The notes under the pieces: generated by a model
Databases searched by the model: none
Seen by the model: only the letters and a program-made list of their open reading frames with translations
Told to the model about the DNA's origin: nothing
Position numbers and translations under genes: made by a program
Virus record (IMG/VR): IMGVR_UViG_3300037722_000380
Location: 27,379 to 91,378 of that record
Length of the DNA stretch: 64,000 nt
Origin: a virus
Direction: 5' to 3' (one strand)
Shown: one piece after another, positions 35,425-45,339 of the stretch
How positions within the stretch are numbered: the first letter of the stretch is position 1
Layout of the letters: every line of letters begins with the position of its first letter

Positions 35425-37070
35425 TCGAACCTCTTGTCCAAGCTGGCATGAATTGCCTGTGCTTTGCCAAGAACAATATGCAAAACTTTTTCGTCCAGGC
35501 TGCCTTCGACAATCAGAAATTGCGCGAGCACATTTCCATGCTGTCCGATCCGGTGACACCTGTCCACGCACTGTTCATTGCGGCCAGGGTTCCACGCGGG
35601 TTCTGCGAATACGACGTGATCGCATACACGCTGCAACCCGTCGATCCCCTCCATGGTATCGAGTTGACCGAAGAAAATACGCTTATCGCTATTAACAAAA
35701 TCCTGAATGTTCGCGTCTTTAGCCAGTGTACTCATCCCCCCACGAATACACGTCGTTCCGTAAGGAGCCATGGCGGTAAGCAGCGCGTTCATAACCGAAT
35801 TATGGTGAGTGAAAACGACTAACTTTGGAATCTCCACGATGTCCAGAAGGTATTTCAGATGCTCGACAACGCGCGGGATTTTTGCTTCGCCCATCAACCG
35901 GCGCAGTGTGGAAATCGGGGTGCCGTCGAGCATAAAATCCGGGTTGAACAACTCCATTGGGTCGAAATCAATCAGCTTCTCCCGAGCGAGGATTTCCGAG
36001 ATTGCGCCATTCGGTTCGACGTAAGACATCTCATACCGCTTATCAGGAAGTTGCGGCAGAACATCTTTCTTCATCCGACGCACCATGAAATTACAGCGCA
36101 GCCGCGCTTGCAATTCGGGCAACCGACCTTTTTCTTCCACAGTATGCCCGGTGCTCACCTGCATCGACGGGTTATACCGGAACAGAAAGCTATCATACGA
36201 CGCCCAATCAATCGACTCCCAATTGAGAGCGCGCGCAACCGTGTAACATTCGCGGGGACGGTTTGGAAGCGGTGTCCCTGTCAAGCCCACAATTCGGTCT
36301 GTGCGATCCGCCAACCAATGTGTCGAGAATTTGCTGCTACGCGCACCGCCGCCGAACACCGCACGAGTCCGAATCGCATCGGTAGATTTAAGGTAATGCG
36401 CTTCGTCGATGATGAGCATGTCCCATTTGATAGCATAGAGCGCATCATGGATATTCGGATTGCGTGCAAGATCGTATGAACAGATGACATAGTTCGCCAC
36501 AGGGCTCACGCCATCGGCTGACTTATAAATTGGGTACGTCTTCAGACGAGGAAGAACCGACCAGTCGTGAATTTCACGCTGCCAATTTTTCCGGATAGTT
36601 GCCGGGCAGAGCACCAGAACCTTCTCAGCACCACAGGCATTCGCAATTCCAATCGCCTGTATGGTTTTGCCAAGACCCGGCTCGTCTCCGATAAGGCAGT
36701 TGCCCCGGCGCAAGGCATATTCAATCCCGGCCTTCTGAAAAGGCATGTAAGATTTACCTTCCGCGCGACGTGCATCTGGATACGGATAGTCTTTATCGGT
36801 ATCCATTGCCCAACTAGCTTCATAATCATCAATCAGATGACGCAGCTTGGCAAGGGCTTTCTCATCCGCCTGACGCCAGAAAGGAAGAGCCGCGTAGGGA
36901 TTGAAGACCGGCTTGTGGCCGGTAGACTCGTAGTCAGCCGTGTAGTAAACCTTCTCCCCCTTCGGCCCTCTTATAAGAGTCGAAAGTGTAAGACCAGCGG
37001 CTTCTGCTGCGGCACCGTCTGCTGTCGTTAAGATAAAGGTGCCCTGACTTTCGTTGAATGTCAGACCCAT
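35421..37070 (-). CDS. SNF2-family helicase
   Basis: IGDEPGLGKT, IIDEAHYLK, LTGTP, RRMKKDVL, QCVDRCHRIGQ. Confidence 0.93.
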   Translation of the reverse strand: MGLTFNESQGTFILTTADGAAAEAAGLTLSTLIRGPKGEKVYYTADYESTGHKPVFNPYAALPFWRQADEKALAKLRHLIDDYEASWAMDTDKDYPYPDARRAEGKSYMPFQKAGIEYALRRGNCLIGDEPGLGKTIQAIGIANACGAEKVLVLCPATIRKNWQREIHDWSVLPRLKTYPIYKSADGVSPVANYVICSYDLARNPNIHDALYAIKWDMLIIDEAHYLKSTDAIRTRAVFGGGARSSKFSTHWLADRTDRIVGLTGTPLPNRPRECYTVARALNWESIDWASYDSFLFRYNPSMQVSTGHTVEEKGRLPELQARLRCNFMVRRMKKDVLPQLPDKRYEMSYVEPNGAISEILAREKLIDFDPMELFNPDFMLDGTPISTLRRLMGEAKIPRVVEHLKYLLDIVEIPKLVVFTHHNSVMNALLTAMAPYGTTCIRGGMSTLAKDANIQDFVNSDKRIFFGQLDTMEGIDGLQRVCDHVVFAEPAWNPGRNEQCVDRCHRIGQHGNVLAQFLIVEGSLDEKVLHIVLGKAQAIHASLDKRFE

Positions 37071-37564
37071 TCTTCCAGCCGCGCTTGCTGCGGTCCGCGC
37101 CCTTGGTCTTGGTATTTTCCAGTATCGGGATAGGGATGTTCAGTCGGCATATCGAGCCAATGAAACACAACCTGAGCGATGGGATCGCCTTCACAAATCG
37201 TGATGTCCGAATCCCCGTGGTTGGTCAATTCGAGCGTAAGATGACCCCGCCAACCGGGTTCTATTACTGTGTTCTGAACAGCGATTCCGACACGCGCCCA
37301 TGTGCTTTTATCGTGTACAATGCCGAGCACATTGTCCGGCATCTTGAAATGTTCGATAGTCGCAGCTAAAGCGAATGACACCGGCCATGTCAGTTTACTA
37401 CTGCGTGGTGACGCGAGCGCGAGTTGCCGGACCCCCTGAGCAAACTCAACACGAATATCATAGCCGGACGAGCTAAGCCCGTAGCTCATACCGCGAATGA
37501 TAGTACGCTCAGAGAACGGCGTTATGATGCGCATATGCCGTATGGATTGTGCGCTTAGGATCAT
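37061..37564 (-). CDS. dcd: dCTP deaminase
   Basis: GLSSSGYDIR..DKSTWARVG..VIEPGWRGHLTLEL..KYQDQ. Confidence 0.85.
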   Translation of the reverse strand: MILSAQSIRHMRIITPFSERTIIRGMSYGLSSSGYDIRVEFAQGVRQLALASPRSSKLTWPVSFALAATIEHFKMPDNVLGIVHDKSTWARVGIAVQNTVIEPGWRGHLTLELTNHGDSDITICEGDPIAQVVFHWLDMPTEHPYPDTGKYQDQGRGPQQARLEEWV

Positions 37565-38049
37565 CAGTATTTCTTTCCGCCGTGCTTGTAGGGCCGGTTG
37601 TGGTTGTACCGGGTCTTCGCAATGATAGCTTCTGCCAAGGGCAGCCCGTGAGCCTTAGCGGTATCGAAAATACGAATTACCGCGTCAGCAAGCTCCACCG
37701 TCCGCGCGTTGTATTCAGGACAATGCTTATCGGGTGCATCTTCTTTCCGGTCAGCCTCCAAAGCTTCGGAAAGTTCACTATGGATGAGTGCAATGCGCTC
37801 AGCAAAACTTCCGTCCACAAAACCATGCGCACGACGAATAGCATCACTCACGTCCATCATGAAGTTTACGGCACCTACAAAGTGCCTATCAAGGCCAGTG
37901 GCGAGCATGTCGATACCGATTTCAGCCGTATGGACTACGCCATAAAGAGATTCCATTTCGGCATTGTCGCGGCTCGACGGGGCAACGTCATCAACTAGAC
38001 GCTCTCCGGCGTGGCCGGGGTTAACTTTCATATCCATTATCGTCTCCAT
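37564..38049 (-). CDS. MazG-like NTP pyrophosphohydrolase
   Basis: IALIHSELSEALEADR..ELADAVIRIFD..KTRYNHNRPYKHG. Confidence 0.85.
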   Translation of the reverse strand: METIMDMKVNPGHAGERLVDDVAPSSRDNAEMESLYGVVHTAEIGIDMLATGLDRHFVGAVNFMMDVSDAIRRAHGFVDGSFAERIALIHSELSEALEADRKEDAPDKHCPEYNARTVELADAVIRIFDTAKAHGLPLAEAIIAKTRYNHNRPYKHGGKKY

Positions 38050-38122
38050 TTAGGTGGGAGTGGCCGGACTTATATCACAGTCCGGCCCCCCGGTCAACAT
38101 TTTTCTTGTCGTGCGTGGCCGT

Positions 38123-38467
38123 TTAGAACTTGGAATCTATCAAGCCATCCACATTCACCACACTGGTCAGGTCCAAATCGGACAGGGCAAAGGTGCCCCC
38201 GTCGAACCGGGTGTGATTACTGAGGTAGCAGTTGACGTTGTTCTGAACACGCGGCAGGATACAGCCGAGATTTTCCACACGCACGGGCGCGACAATCCGA
38301 ACCTCGGGCTTATCGTACTTTGGCTTGTGATGATATTTCGGCTTGTAGTGATGGAACTTCGGCTTATAGTGATGGCCAAAATTCGGTCCCTGAATATTCC
38401 CGGCCATCGCCGGGGTAGACACCGCAAGAAACAATGCGGCGAGCACAAACGAAAGCAACTTCTTCAT
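38123..38467 (-). CDS. Secreted hypothetical protein with HHYKPK repeats
   Basis: Signal peptide MKKLLSFVLAALFLAVSTPAMA; HHYKPKFHHYKPKYHHKPKY. Confidence 0.6.
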   Translation of the reverse strand: MKKLLSFVLAALFLAVSTPAMAGNIQGPNFGHHYKPKFHHYKPKYHHKPKYDKPEVRIVAPVRVENLGCILPRVQNNVNCYLSNHTRFDGGTFALSDLDLTSVVNVDGLIDSKF

Positions 38468-38478
38468 CGCATTCTCCT

Positions 38479-39558
38479 TCATTGGCCCCGCCAGGGGGCT
38501 TCAATCAACTCGGGTTTCCTTTCGATAATCCTGAGCACATGTTTACGGGGATCATCGCCGTCAAGCGCCTTGAAGAAAGCAGGCGTGAAGGAGCCGAATC
38601 TTGGCGCAATTAGTTCTGCCGCTTCTTTCCGAGTGTAACCCTCGGCTTCTACCCGAAGTTTTTGAGTAGAGATTTCGAAACAGATGAGATTGACTTGATG
38701 CTGTACCTGATGGTTGAATTCTAACAACTCGTCCCGGTCGGGTTCACTCAAGATCGGAAGTACATCATCTGAAAAACCCTGACAACACAGAGCCACTACT
38801 TTCTTTTTCGAACCCATGTCGTCAAGCGCACGATGCTTCAACACATAGTCTTCGGCTTTCACCTTAACCATGTGGCCGTCGTAAAATTGCACGACAAAAC
38901 CCTCTGCATTTTCCATTGCACGAGTTTGGGCAATAAACTGATCAAGGTCAATGATGCCAGAATCGAGAGCCCCCACCACCGGAATTTCGTAGGGCTTAGC
39001 CTCAGCACAAACCTCTCCATGCGCTAAAAGCCCTCCGGTATACATGTGCCGGATTGCCAAGAGCACAAGCTCGGATTTATTGTACCGAAGAACAACCCGA
39101 TTTTCCGGACCGATATATTCGAAGATTGGAGTCCAGCCCGCGTGAATCATTTCGAGCATGAAGCGACTGTAATTCGGCTGCCATAAGAACCGCTCACTGG
39201 CTTTCTTTGAAACGTCCGTCATACCCTTACGAGTCATGAGCACAAGCAAACCATTCACAACTGCCGGGTGTATCATGGAGCCGTCGAGCTTTTCCATGAC
39301 AACATGCGGACGCTCAATCGGAAGATGCGTTCCTTGCTCGCCGTAATTGAAGAACTTACGGAACGGGCGCGCAATTAACAAGCCATCGCGGTCAAACTTA
39401 ATACCCCGGCATTCCATAGCTTCCGGCGTGTTGAACGTATCCGCCGTTTGATACACGTAGTCAATCACCTTGTAATCGCCACGGTCGATCACAATGAACT
39501 CCGGCTTCCCTTCGATGGCAGGAAGCAACTGGCGAATGTTAGTAAGGTGGAGCATCAA
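38479..39558 (-). CDS. T4 Rnl1-like RNA ligase
   Basis: ECRGIKF..RPFRKFFNYGE, motif I EKLDGS, FEYIGPENRVV, EGFVV, VKVKAEDY. Confidence 0.92.
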   Translation of the reverse strand: MMLHLTNIRQLLPAIEGKPEFIVIDRGDYKVIDYVYQTADTFNTPEAMECRGIKFDRDGLLIARPFRKFFNYGEQGTHLPIERPHVVMEKLDGSMIHPAVVNGLLVLMTRKGMTDVSKKASERFLWQPNYSRFMLEMIHAGWTPIFEYIGPENRVVLRYNKSELVLLAIRHMYTGGLLAHGEVCAEAKPYEIPVVGALDSGIIDLDQFIAQTRAMENAEGFVVQFYDGHMVKVKAEDYVLKHRALDDMGSKKKVVALCCQGFSDDVLPILSEPDRDELLEFNHQVQHQVNLICFEISTQKLRVEAEGYTRKEAAELIAPRFGSFTPAFFKALDGDDPRKHVLRIIERKPELIEAPWRGQ

Positions 39559-39802
39559 CTTGTTCCTGAATCCAAGTTATGGCATCATTATAATGGCGGT
39601 CGTGATGCGAGAACGGAGCTACACCCGACCAAAGTAGTTCTCCGCCGTCAATTTCTGGACGATAAATCCAGTGTCCGTTGATAACCCAATATCCATAAAC
39701 TTCTTCATGAGTTTCAGGATGGATATGAATAGCTAATGGCTCACACCAGATAGCGACTTTCCTATCCTTATCACCCGGCCTACTGAACGCATGAGTTAGC
39801 AC
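39539..39802 (-). CDS. Hypothetical protein
   Basis: ORF in operon. Confidence 0.45.
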   Translation of the reverse strand: MLTHAFSRPGDKDRKVAIWCEPLAIHIHPETHEEVYGYWVINGHWIYRPEIDGGELLWSGVAPFSHHDRHYNDAITWIQEQVDAPPY

Positions 39803-39811
39803 GACTTATCT

Positions 39812-40039
39812 TCACTTATTCGAATAAGTCCGAAAGAAACTCCCAACAAACCCCAAGAAAGCCCCCACTTGCCACATACTGAATCCGGCAATCCCAAGGA
39901 AATAGAGAATTCCCAAGATGGTTTCACTGAAAAACCAGCCGACAACCCATCCCACAAACGCGCCCGTAAGAATCCCGATAAGCGGTCCGAGAAATAAGGC
40001 AAGAACTAGGGAAAGACAAGCCAAGATGAGTTCTTTCAT
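39812..40039 (-). CDS. Small membrane protein
   Basis: Gly-rich hydrophobic 75 aa. Confidence 0.6.
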   Translation of the reverse strand: MKELILACLSLVLALFLGPLIGILTGAFVGWVVGWFFSETILGILYFLGIAGFSMWQVGAFLGFVGSFFRTYSNK

Positions 40040-41028
40040 AGCGTGCCTCCCATATTTCCCGAGCCGAATTTGATGAAATTATGAACCCTTACGCGCGGGT
40101 CGTGATCACCTGCAAGGATTTCCTTCGCTGCGGATTGGAAAGACTGGTGATGCTTTTCAATCAAACCGATTGCGCCGCCGTCCTTCGTAGGAATCCGAAC
40201 TTCTGTACGCCAACCGGCATCACGAAGTTTCTCTTCAAGCGGCCGGTCGATAACGATGTACGAAATTTTTGTGTTCTGCGGAACAAGGTCGCGAATTGCC
40301 CGACGATCCTTCGACCGGAGATTGGTTGCATCGACCACCGTATCCAAACCGTTCGTAATGCGAGCCTTGACGATAGCGTGTAACGCTGCGAAAACCTGAT
40401 CGTTCTTCGATTGGTCCCGAAGATCACCAGTAATCTCAGCCCTCAGTCCGTCACTCGACACAACGACAGTCGCGCCGAATGTGTTCCGAATAAAATGAGA
40501 CTTACCCGCACCAGAAGGGCCAACCATCATCGTCAGATGGCCCGGTTCCACATTCGGCGTACCTTCCCACTCGCCCGAGTCCACTTCGAGAACAGTCAAA
40601 CCTTCGGCCTTCCACATTTCGATAACACTCGGACGGTCGTCCACGACAAGCCGAACATCATAGCCTTGGCCCTGGATGCCGCGCAGCATCTCCCGCTTCA
40701 CTTCCACGTCCGGACGGTAATCGCCGTCAGCACGCATAATAAGATATCCAGAGCGAAGTGCCCCCAGGTATGGAATATGAGAAGATAGCCATATTTCAGT
40801 TATCTCGCGGTATTTTTCTGGACGCCCGGAACAGAGAAAAATCTCAAATTCACCCCGCTCGAAACACATTTTACCGAGCATATCCGCCAGCCACACAACG
40901 TCGGTAGGAGTATCCTTGTCCATAGCAGCGAAAAACGCGTCCCAATTCCGCTTACCCCCGGCGATAAGATGCCGACGATGCGAAACGTCCGCGAGCGTAC
41001 CATCAATGTCGAAGATAATTGCGTCCAT
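40036..41028 (-). CDS. Polynucleotide 3'-phosphatase/5'-kinase (HAD N-term, P-loop C-term)
   Basis: IFDIDGTLAD..CSGRPE..VDDRPSV; then MVGPSGAGKS..VVDATNL. Confidence 0.92.
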   Translation of the reverse strand: MDAIIFDIDGTLADVSHRRHLIAGGKRNWDAFFAAMDKDTPTDVVWLADMLGKMCFERGEFEIFLCSGRPEKYREITEIWLSSHIPYLGALRSGYLIMRADGDYRPDVEVKREMLRGIQGQGYDVRLVVDDRPSVIEMWKAEGLTVLEVDSGEWEGTPNVEPGHLTMMVGPSGAGKSHFIRNTFGATVVVSSDGLRAEITGDLRDQSKNDQVFAALHAIVKARITNGLDTVVDATNLRSKDRRAIRDLVPQNTKISYIVIDRPLEEKLRDAGWRTEVRIPTKDGGAIGLIEKHHQSFQSAAKEILAGDHDPRVRVHNFIKFGSGNMGGTL

Positions 41029-41044
41029 AGTCCTATCTCATTCA

Positions 41045-41168
41045 GTGTTTAGAGAGGCAGCAGGAACCTCACGAGTTGAGCCGTCGCCCGATGGTTTTTC
41101 TAGCCTTGACCGTCGCCAAGTCGCTGTACCGCTAAGTGGCCCGCCATCCCCCGCTGCCTCTCTAACAC
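41045..41168 (-). ncRNA. Structured leader / candidate ncRNA upstream of RNA-repair operon
   Basis: Ends pair over ~20 bp (GTGTTAGAGAGGCAGCGGGG / TTCCTGCTGCCTCTCTAAACAC) enclosing ~80 nt. Confidence 0.45.
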
Positions 41169-41182
41169 GAGGAAGGATACAC

Positions 41183-41212
41183 ACCCTACACTAAGTTGCC
41201 ATCGAAGTCAAG
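41183..41212 (-). promoter_or_regulatory. GGCAA-type promoter
   Basis: CTTGACT-tcgat-GGCAA-cttagtg-TAGGGT. Confidence 0.65.
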
Positions 41213-41218
41213 AGATTT

Positions 41219-41401
41219 CTACAACCCGAAGGACTTCAAGATGGCGTCAAGCCGGGTATCCTCGTCATCGACTTCGATGTCGTCAAGAGCATACAAATCC
41301 GGGGCCGTGGCGAGCCGACCATCTTCAGTCATAAGCTCTTCGGCCGCGTGAACCTCTTCGAATTCCGGATCGTCAAACAATGTAGCGTCAGCGGGACGCA
41401 T
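41219..41401 (-). CDS. Acidic hypothetical protein
   Basis: D/E-rich 60 aa, GGAG RBS. Confidence 0.5.
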   Translation of the reverse strand: MRPADATLFDDPEFEEVHAAEELMTEDGRLATAPDLYALDDIEVDDEDTRLDAILKSFGL

Positions 41402-41539
41402 TATTTTTCTCCCTTTCTGCTTCCCTGAGATACCCAAAAAACCAACGCTCGAAATCTTCTAGACTCAAAGAATCGTTTACGAGAGCATCGCGAACCTGCG
41501 CGAGAGTCGTAACCGTAGGAGTATCAAGAATGCTGAACA

Positions 41540-41764
41540 TCATTTATCTCCAATCACACGATAATTTTTAAGGGGAATCCATTGACCGGGCTTTGCCTCG
41601 ATCATGCAACCGGATAGAACGCCCCACGTATACGGCCGGTCGATTTTGGTTGCCTGAATCGCACAGGACTCGCTCGCAAGCCACAATGCGCCCGCGATAG
41701 CAAGCCACATTAAAACTCCAAGGACAGAGTAAATAACAACGAATTCTGCCCACATTCTTGGCAT
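41540..41764 (-). CDS. Small membrane protein
   Basis: N-terminal TM; TGATG overlap with upstream gene. Confidence 0.5.
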   Translation of the reverse strand: MPRMWAEFVVIYSVLGVLMWLAIAGALWLASESCAIQATKIDRPYTWGVLSGCMIEAKPGQWIPLKNYRVIGDK

Positions 41765-42087
41765 CAAAATTCTCCTGATTCGACGGCCTGAACCCAGGCG
41801 TCTTCCCACAGCTTCCTCGCACCGTCTTCCCCTACGAGAGCTTCCCACTCAAGCCACGTAAGATTAACAGACTTGCCTTCGGGGGTCTCATATGATATGT
41901 ATGTGAATTCGAACTCGGGGCCGGATGCGGGCTCCCCGCCATAGATCGGATTGAAATAGCTCGGCTGATAGGGCACGGTGCATTCCAGACCGATGGTGAA
42001 CTCGACTTCCACGGTTTCATTGTCGTCCGGCCACAAGAGCGCGGCGTTGATTTCGGCATAGACCTTAGCTTCAAAGTCGGTTCGCAT
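41764..42087 (-). CDS. Acidic hypothetical protein
   Basis: GGAGG RBS; first gene after divergent promoter. Confidence 0.6.
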   Translation of the reverse strand: MRTDFEAKVYAEINAALLWPDDNETVEVEFTIGLECTVPYQPSYFNPIYGGEPASGPEFEFTYISYETPEGKSVNLTWLEWEALVGEDGARKLWEDAWVQAVESGEF

Positions 42088-42114
42088 ACGGTGCCTCCAA
42101 TTTCTGGCCCCCTT

Positions 42115-42144
42115 TTAGCAAACCCGGCAAAATCCGTCAAGCGA
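42115..42144 (-). promoter_or_regulatory. Leftward promoter of divergent pair
   Basis: CTTGACG-N17-TAAAAA; contains GGCAA in inverted orientation. Confidence 0.45.
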
Positions 42145-42173
42145 AAAAATTTTCGGAAGGTTTGGAAAAACCT

Positions 42174-42203
42174 CTTGACAGCGCGGGCAATAAGCAGTAT
42201 CAT
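42174..42203 (+). promoter_or_regulatory. GGCAA-type promoter (rightward)
   Basis: CTTGACA-gcgcg-GGCAA-taagcag-TATCAT. Confidence 0.7.
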
Positions 42204-42227
42204 CGTTCTAACTGAGTGGAGTATACG

Positions 42228-42584
42228 ATGGCAGTACCATACATAAAAGAAGACCTTGAAAATCTAGCCGATGCCTTACAGGTCCATCCTAGGACAATTT
42301 TAAGGGCTGTCGAGAATAACCCCGCTGCCTATTGGGTTGAAGGTTATCATGTGCGGCTTAACATCGACGAAGTAGCTCGCGCGTTTAACGGACCGCCTCG
42401 GTATCTAAGATGGGCTCTTGACGGAACCGACCAACTTATCACACAAACGCAAGCCGCCGAAGAACTTGGAATTCCCGGTCGGACATTCCGGTATCGGCAT
42501 TACAAGGTAGCTTATAAGCGCGGTGGTATCGTGCGGTTCTCTCGGCGCGACCTTTTGACTGAACATTACGCCAAGTGGGATTGA
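42228..42584 (+). CDS. Double HTH DNA-binding protein
   Basis: LENLADALQVHPRTILR and TQTQAAEELGIPGRTFR. Confidence 0.65.
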   Translation: MAVPYIKEDLENLADALQVHPRTILRAVENNPAAYWVEGYHVRLNIDEVARAFNGPPRYLRWALDGTDQLITQTQAAEELGIPGRTFRYRHYKVAYKRGGIVRFSRRDLLTEHYAKWD

Positions 42585-42587
42585 TAA

Positions 42588-44666
42588 GTGTCCGCACCCG
42601 ACTCTAAGTTGGAGTGGGCGCTTTGGCTTGCGGAACGCGGTTTCCGGATTCTGCAACTCAACCCAGGCTCCAAAAATCCCAAGCGCGGCTTCGGCTGGCT
42701 TCGCACCAGCACGACCGACCCTGAGATAATCCGCGCGTGGTTCTCCGAAGACCCGACAATGAACTACGGGGTGTGCCCCGGCGATCATCATGTCATCATT
42801 GACCTTGACAACAAGCCACATGAAGGAAAAGACGGACGGCTCTTTTTTGCCGATCTCGAAATCGAGAATGGCGATGTCAGTGATACCTTCATTGTCTCTT
42901 CTCCTAGCGGCGGTCGCCATCTTTACCTTAAAACGTCGCGTGTTGTCGGAAATGCCCACGCTTTCCCGGCATCATCTGGAATCGATATTCGTGGCGCGCA
43001 TGGATATGTCGTCGGCCCTGCCAGCGAACTCATCGCCGGAAAATGTAAAATCACCGATACGCCGGGACCGTACACAGTCGATAAGTTCACCGAAAATTTT
43101 CAACTAACACCCGCTTGGCTTGACGGTTATCTCCGCGAAAAACGCGACCGCGACCCTAATGCAGACAGCCCGCTCATTCCATGGGATATGCAGGAGAATA
43201 TCGAGAAGGCCGAAAAGTTCCTTAAAGAGCGGGCTCCGGCTGTTCAAGGCCGTAACGGCAATCAGTGGACGTATGACACAGCCGCGTTTCTTCGCGACTT
43301 CGGAATCAGTGAGGCTAAAGCCGTCGATCTCATCTTTGCTACAGGATGGAATGAACGGTGCTCGCCCCCATGGCCGTTGGACGAACTCTGCGATGTTATC
43401 GAACACTCATACCGATACGCGCAGAACCAGCCGGGCACTAAAGCCGATTTCATGGGTATGTACGAAAGGCTCATGGGAGATGTCGAGCTTACGGAAGCCA
43501 TCGAAACCGGAATTATAAAAGACGATCTCGACGAACATCTATTTAATGCAGACGCTTTTACGAAACGGGGAAAGCGGCGCGACTTCATCATCCCCGGATG
43601 GCTACCGGATCGCGGCTTCACGGCCCTCCTAGCCCGGCGTGGCGTGGGTAAGTCGGCCATCATGACGGACATTGCATGTCGCTTGGCTTGCGATATGGAC
43701 TGGTACGATCTTCCGATGAAGCGGGAGTGTGTCGCAATCTATCTTTGTGGTGAAGATGACGAGGGTCTTGAATTGAACCTCATCGCGTGGATGAAAAACC
43801 ATAACCGGGAAGTTCCCAAAGACCGGATGATCATATCCGATAAAATCATGAATTTGATGGACGCTAAAGATGTCGAGCGGTGGGCGCGGAAACTTGTCGA
43901 TAAAGTAAGGGGCCGTCCGGCTATCGTTTTTCTGGATACGTGGCAACGCGCTTCGAGTCAAGCAAAACAAAATGACGATGCCGACATGCAACTCTGCGTT
44001 CACCATGCAGAAGCTCTCGCAAAAAGTCTCAACGGTCCACTCATCGGGGCATTCCATCCGCCAAAACATAATCTAACAACTATTCACGGCTCTGCGGTTA
44101 CCGAGAATACGTCTGTCGCTATCTGGAATATGGAAGAAGAAGCGGACGGTCGCAAACTCACTGTTGACCGGGTGAAAGGTGCCAAGAGCGGAAGCTACTG
44201 CGGCTTCCAATTCGATACGGTCGAATTAGAAGAGCTAGATTCTTTCGGTAAACCTCAAACCGGTATTGTTCCTAGAAAGTGGAAGGGAACCGGCGACGAA
44301 AACTCAGAACAGCGTGAAGCTACCCGCTTGGGATGGGCGTGGCTTATCCGGGGTCTTTTTGAGAGGAATAATGCCCGGAAACCGGATGAAATCCGGCTTA
44401 AGCGGTTTAATAAAACTCAAGTCAGCGAGGTACTAGAAAAATTGTGTAAAGACGAATCATTCCTTATCGACTACGGCCAGAAAGCGGAGGAAGCGAATAT
44501 TCAAAACTTCACTTCGCAATCTGTTATCCGCAAAGCACTGGATTCTATCTTTCCACCAGGGTTCAAACCGATATTATTTGATGATTTCATACAGCTATCT
44601 ATGTCGCCTTTAACCAAGCAGTTTGAACTTAAACCCCTCAAATCAACTGACCCACAGAGGCCCTAA
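42588..44666 (+). CDS. Bifunctional prim-pol primase / AAA helicase
   Basis: NYGV..IIDLD..SPSGGRHLY..GIDIRGAHGYVVGP; PriCT-like AVQGRNGN; ARRGVGKS, VFLDT..FHP. Confidence 0.9.
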   Translation: MSAPDSKLEWALWLAERGFRILQLNPGSKNPKRGFGWLRTSTTDPEIIRAWFSEDPTMNYGVCPGDHHVIIDLDNKPHEGKDGRLFFADLEIENGDVSDTFIVSSPSGGRHLYLKTSRVVGNAHAFPASSGIDIRGAHGYVVGPASELIAGKCKITDTPGPYTVDKFTENFQLTPAWLDGYLREKRDRDPNADSPLIPWDMQENIEKAEKFLKERAPAVQGRNGNQWTYDTAAFLRDFGISEAKAVDLIFATGWNERCSPPWPLDELCDVIEHSYRYAQNQPGTKADFMGMYERLMGDVELTEAIETGIIKDDLDEHLFNADAFTKRGKRRDFIIPGWLPDRGFTALLARRGVGKSAIMTDIACRLACDMDWYDLPMKRECVAIYLCGEDDEGLELNLIAWMKNHNREVPKDRMIISDKIMNLMDAKDVERWARKLVDKVRGRPAIVFLDTWQRASSQAKQNDDADMQLCVHHAEALAKSLNGPLIGAFHPPKHNLTTIHGSAVTENTSVAIWNMEEEADGRKLTVDRVKGAKSGSYCGFQFDTVELEELDSFGKPQTGIVPRKWKGTGDENSEQREATRLGWAWLIRGLFERNNARKPDEIRLKRFNKTQVSEVLEKLCKDESFLIDYGQKAEEANIQNFTSQSVIRKALDSIFPPGFKPILFDDFIQLSMSPLTKQFELKPLKSTDPQRP

Positions 44667-44998
44667 TGATTAACCTTGAAACTTACTTCATTATCATACA
44701 CATACCGACCGGCTATAGTATGCCGCAATCAAGCCGTAAGCGCCATGGATATACAAGTGACGAGCCTTGTTCTCCCGACCAAATCCCGCCTCGACTATTC
44801 AAGCGGGAACAAGACGCAAAATGCGCCCTCGCGTGGTGGTTGAAGGGCGAGACTAGCGTCTCTTGGTATAAAGATTATACCGGGGAATGGGATGAGGATT
44901 GGAATACTTCCATGCCCGAAATTAAATCAGATATCGGGATGGTTGAGCGCCGGGCTGAAGATATGCGGATTGCCCCTGTGGCACTTTTCTTACGCTAG
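44666..44998 (+). CDS. Hypothetical protein
   Basis: Coupled to primase stop. Confidence 0.55.
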   Translation: MINLETYFIIIHIPTGYSMPQSSRKRHGYTSDEPCSPDQIPPRLFKREQDAKCALAWWLKGETSVSWYKDYTGEWDEDWNTSMPEIKSDIGMVERRAEDMRIAPVALFLR

Positions 44999-45339
44999 TC
45001 GCCGCGTAAAATTTCCCGCGCAGCTTCCCGTGCAGCTTTTGCACATTCGCTCGGGTCATGCTGATCGCCGTAGAGCGTACTTTGGTGCCCGGCGAGCGCA
45101 CCGCCCGCAATCTCTACTTCCCGGAGAAAGTCACTCTCATTCGTGTGCCTGTCCAGGTCTATTTCATAGCGGCTGATATTCGTCCGCTTGACATCGGACC
45201 GCAGACTGACGCGCATGAAGAACGTTCCATTCGGGCGCTTGAATAGATCGACCGTCACCAAGGATTGAATACCGAGGTCTTTATTCGACTTATAGTTTTC
45301 ACCCGCAAATTTTGAAATATCCCGATCAGCCATCGTCAC
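44995..45339 (-). CDS. Hypothetical protein
   Basis: Coupled to thyX stop. Confidence 0.55.
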   Translation of the reverse strand: MTMADRDISKFAGENYKSNKDLGIQSLVTVDLFKRPNGTFFMRVSLRSDVKRTNISRYEIDLDRHTNESDFLREVEIAGGALAGHQSTLYGDQHDPSECAKAAREAAREILRGD

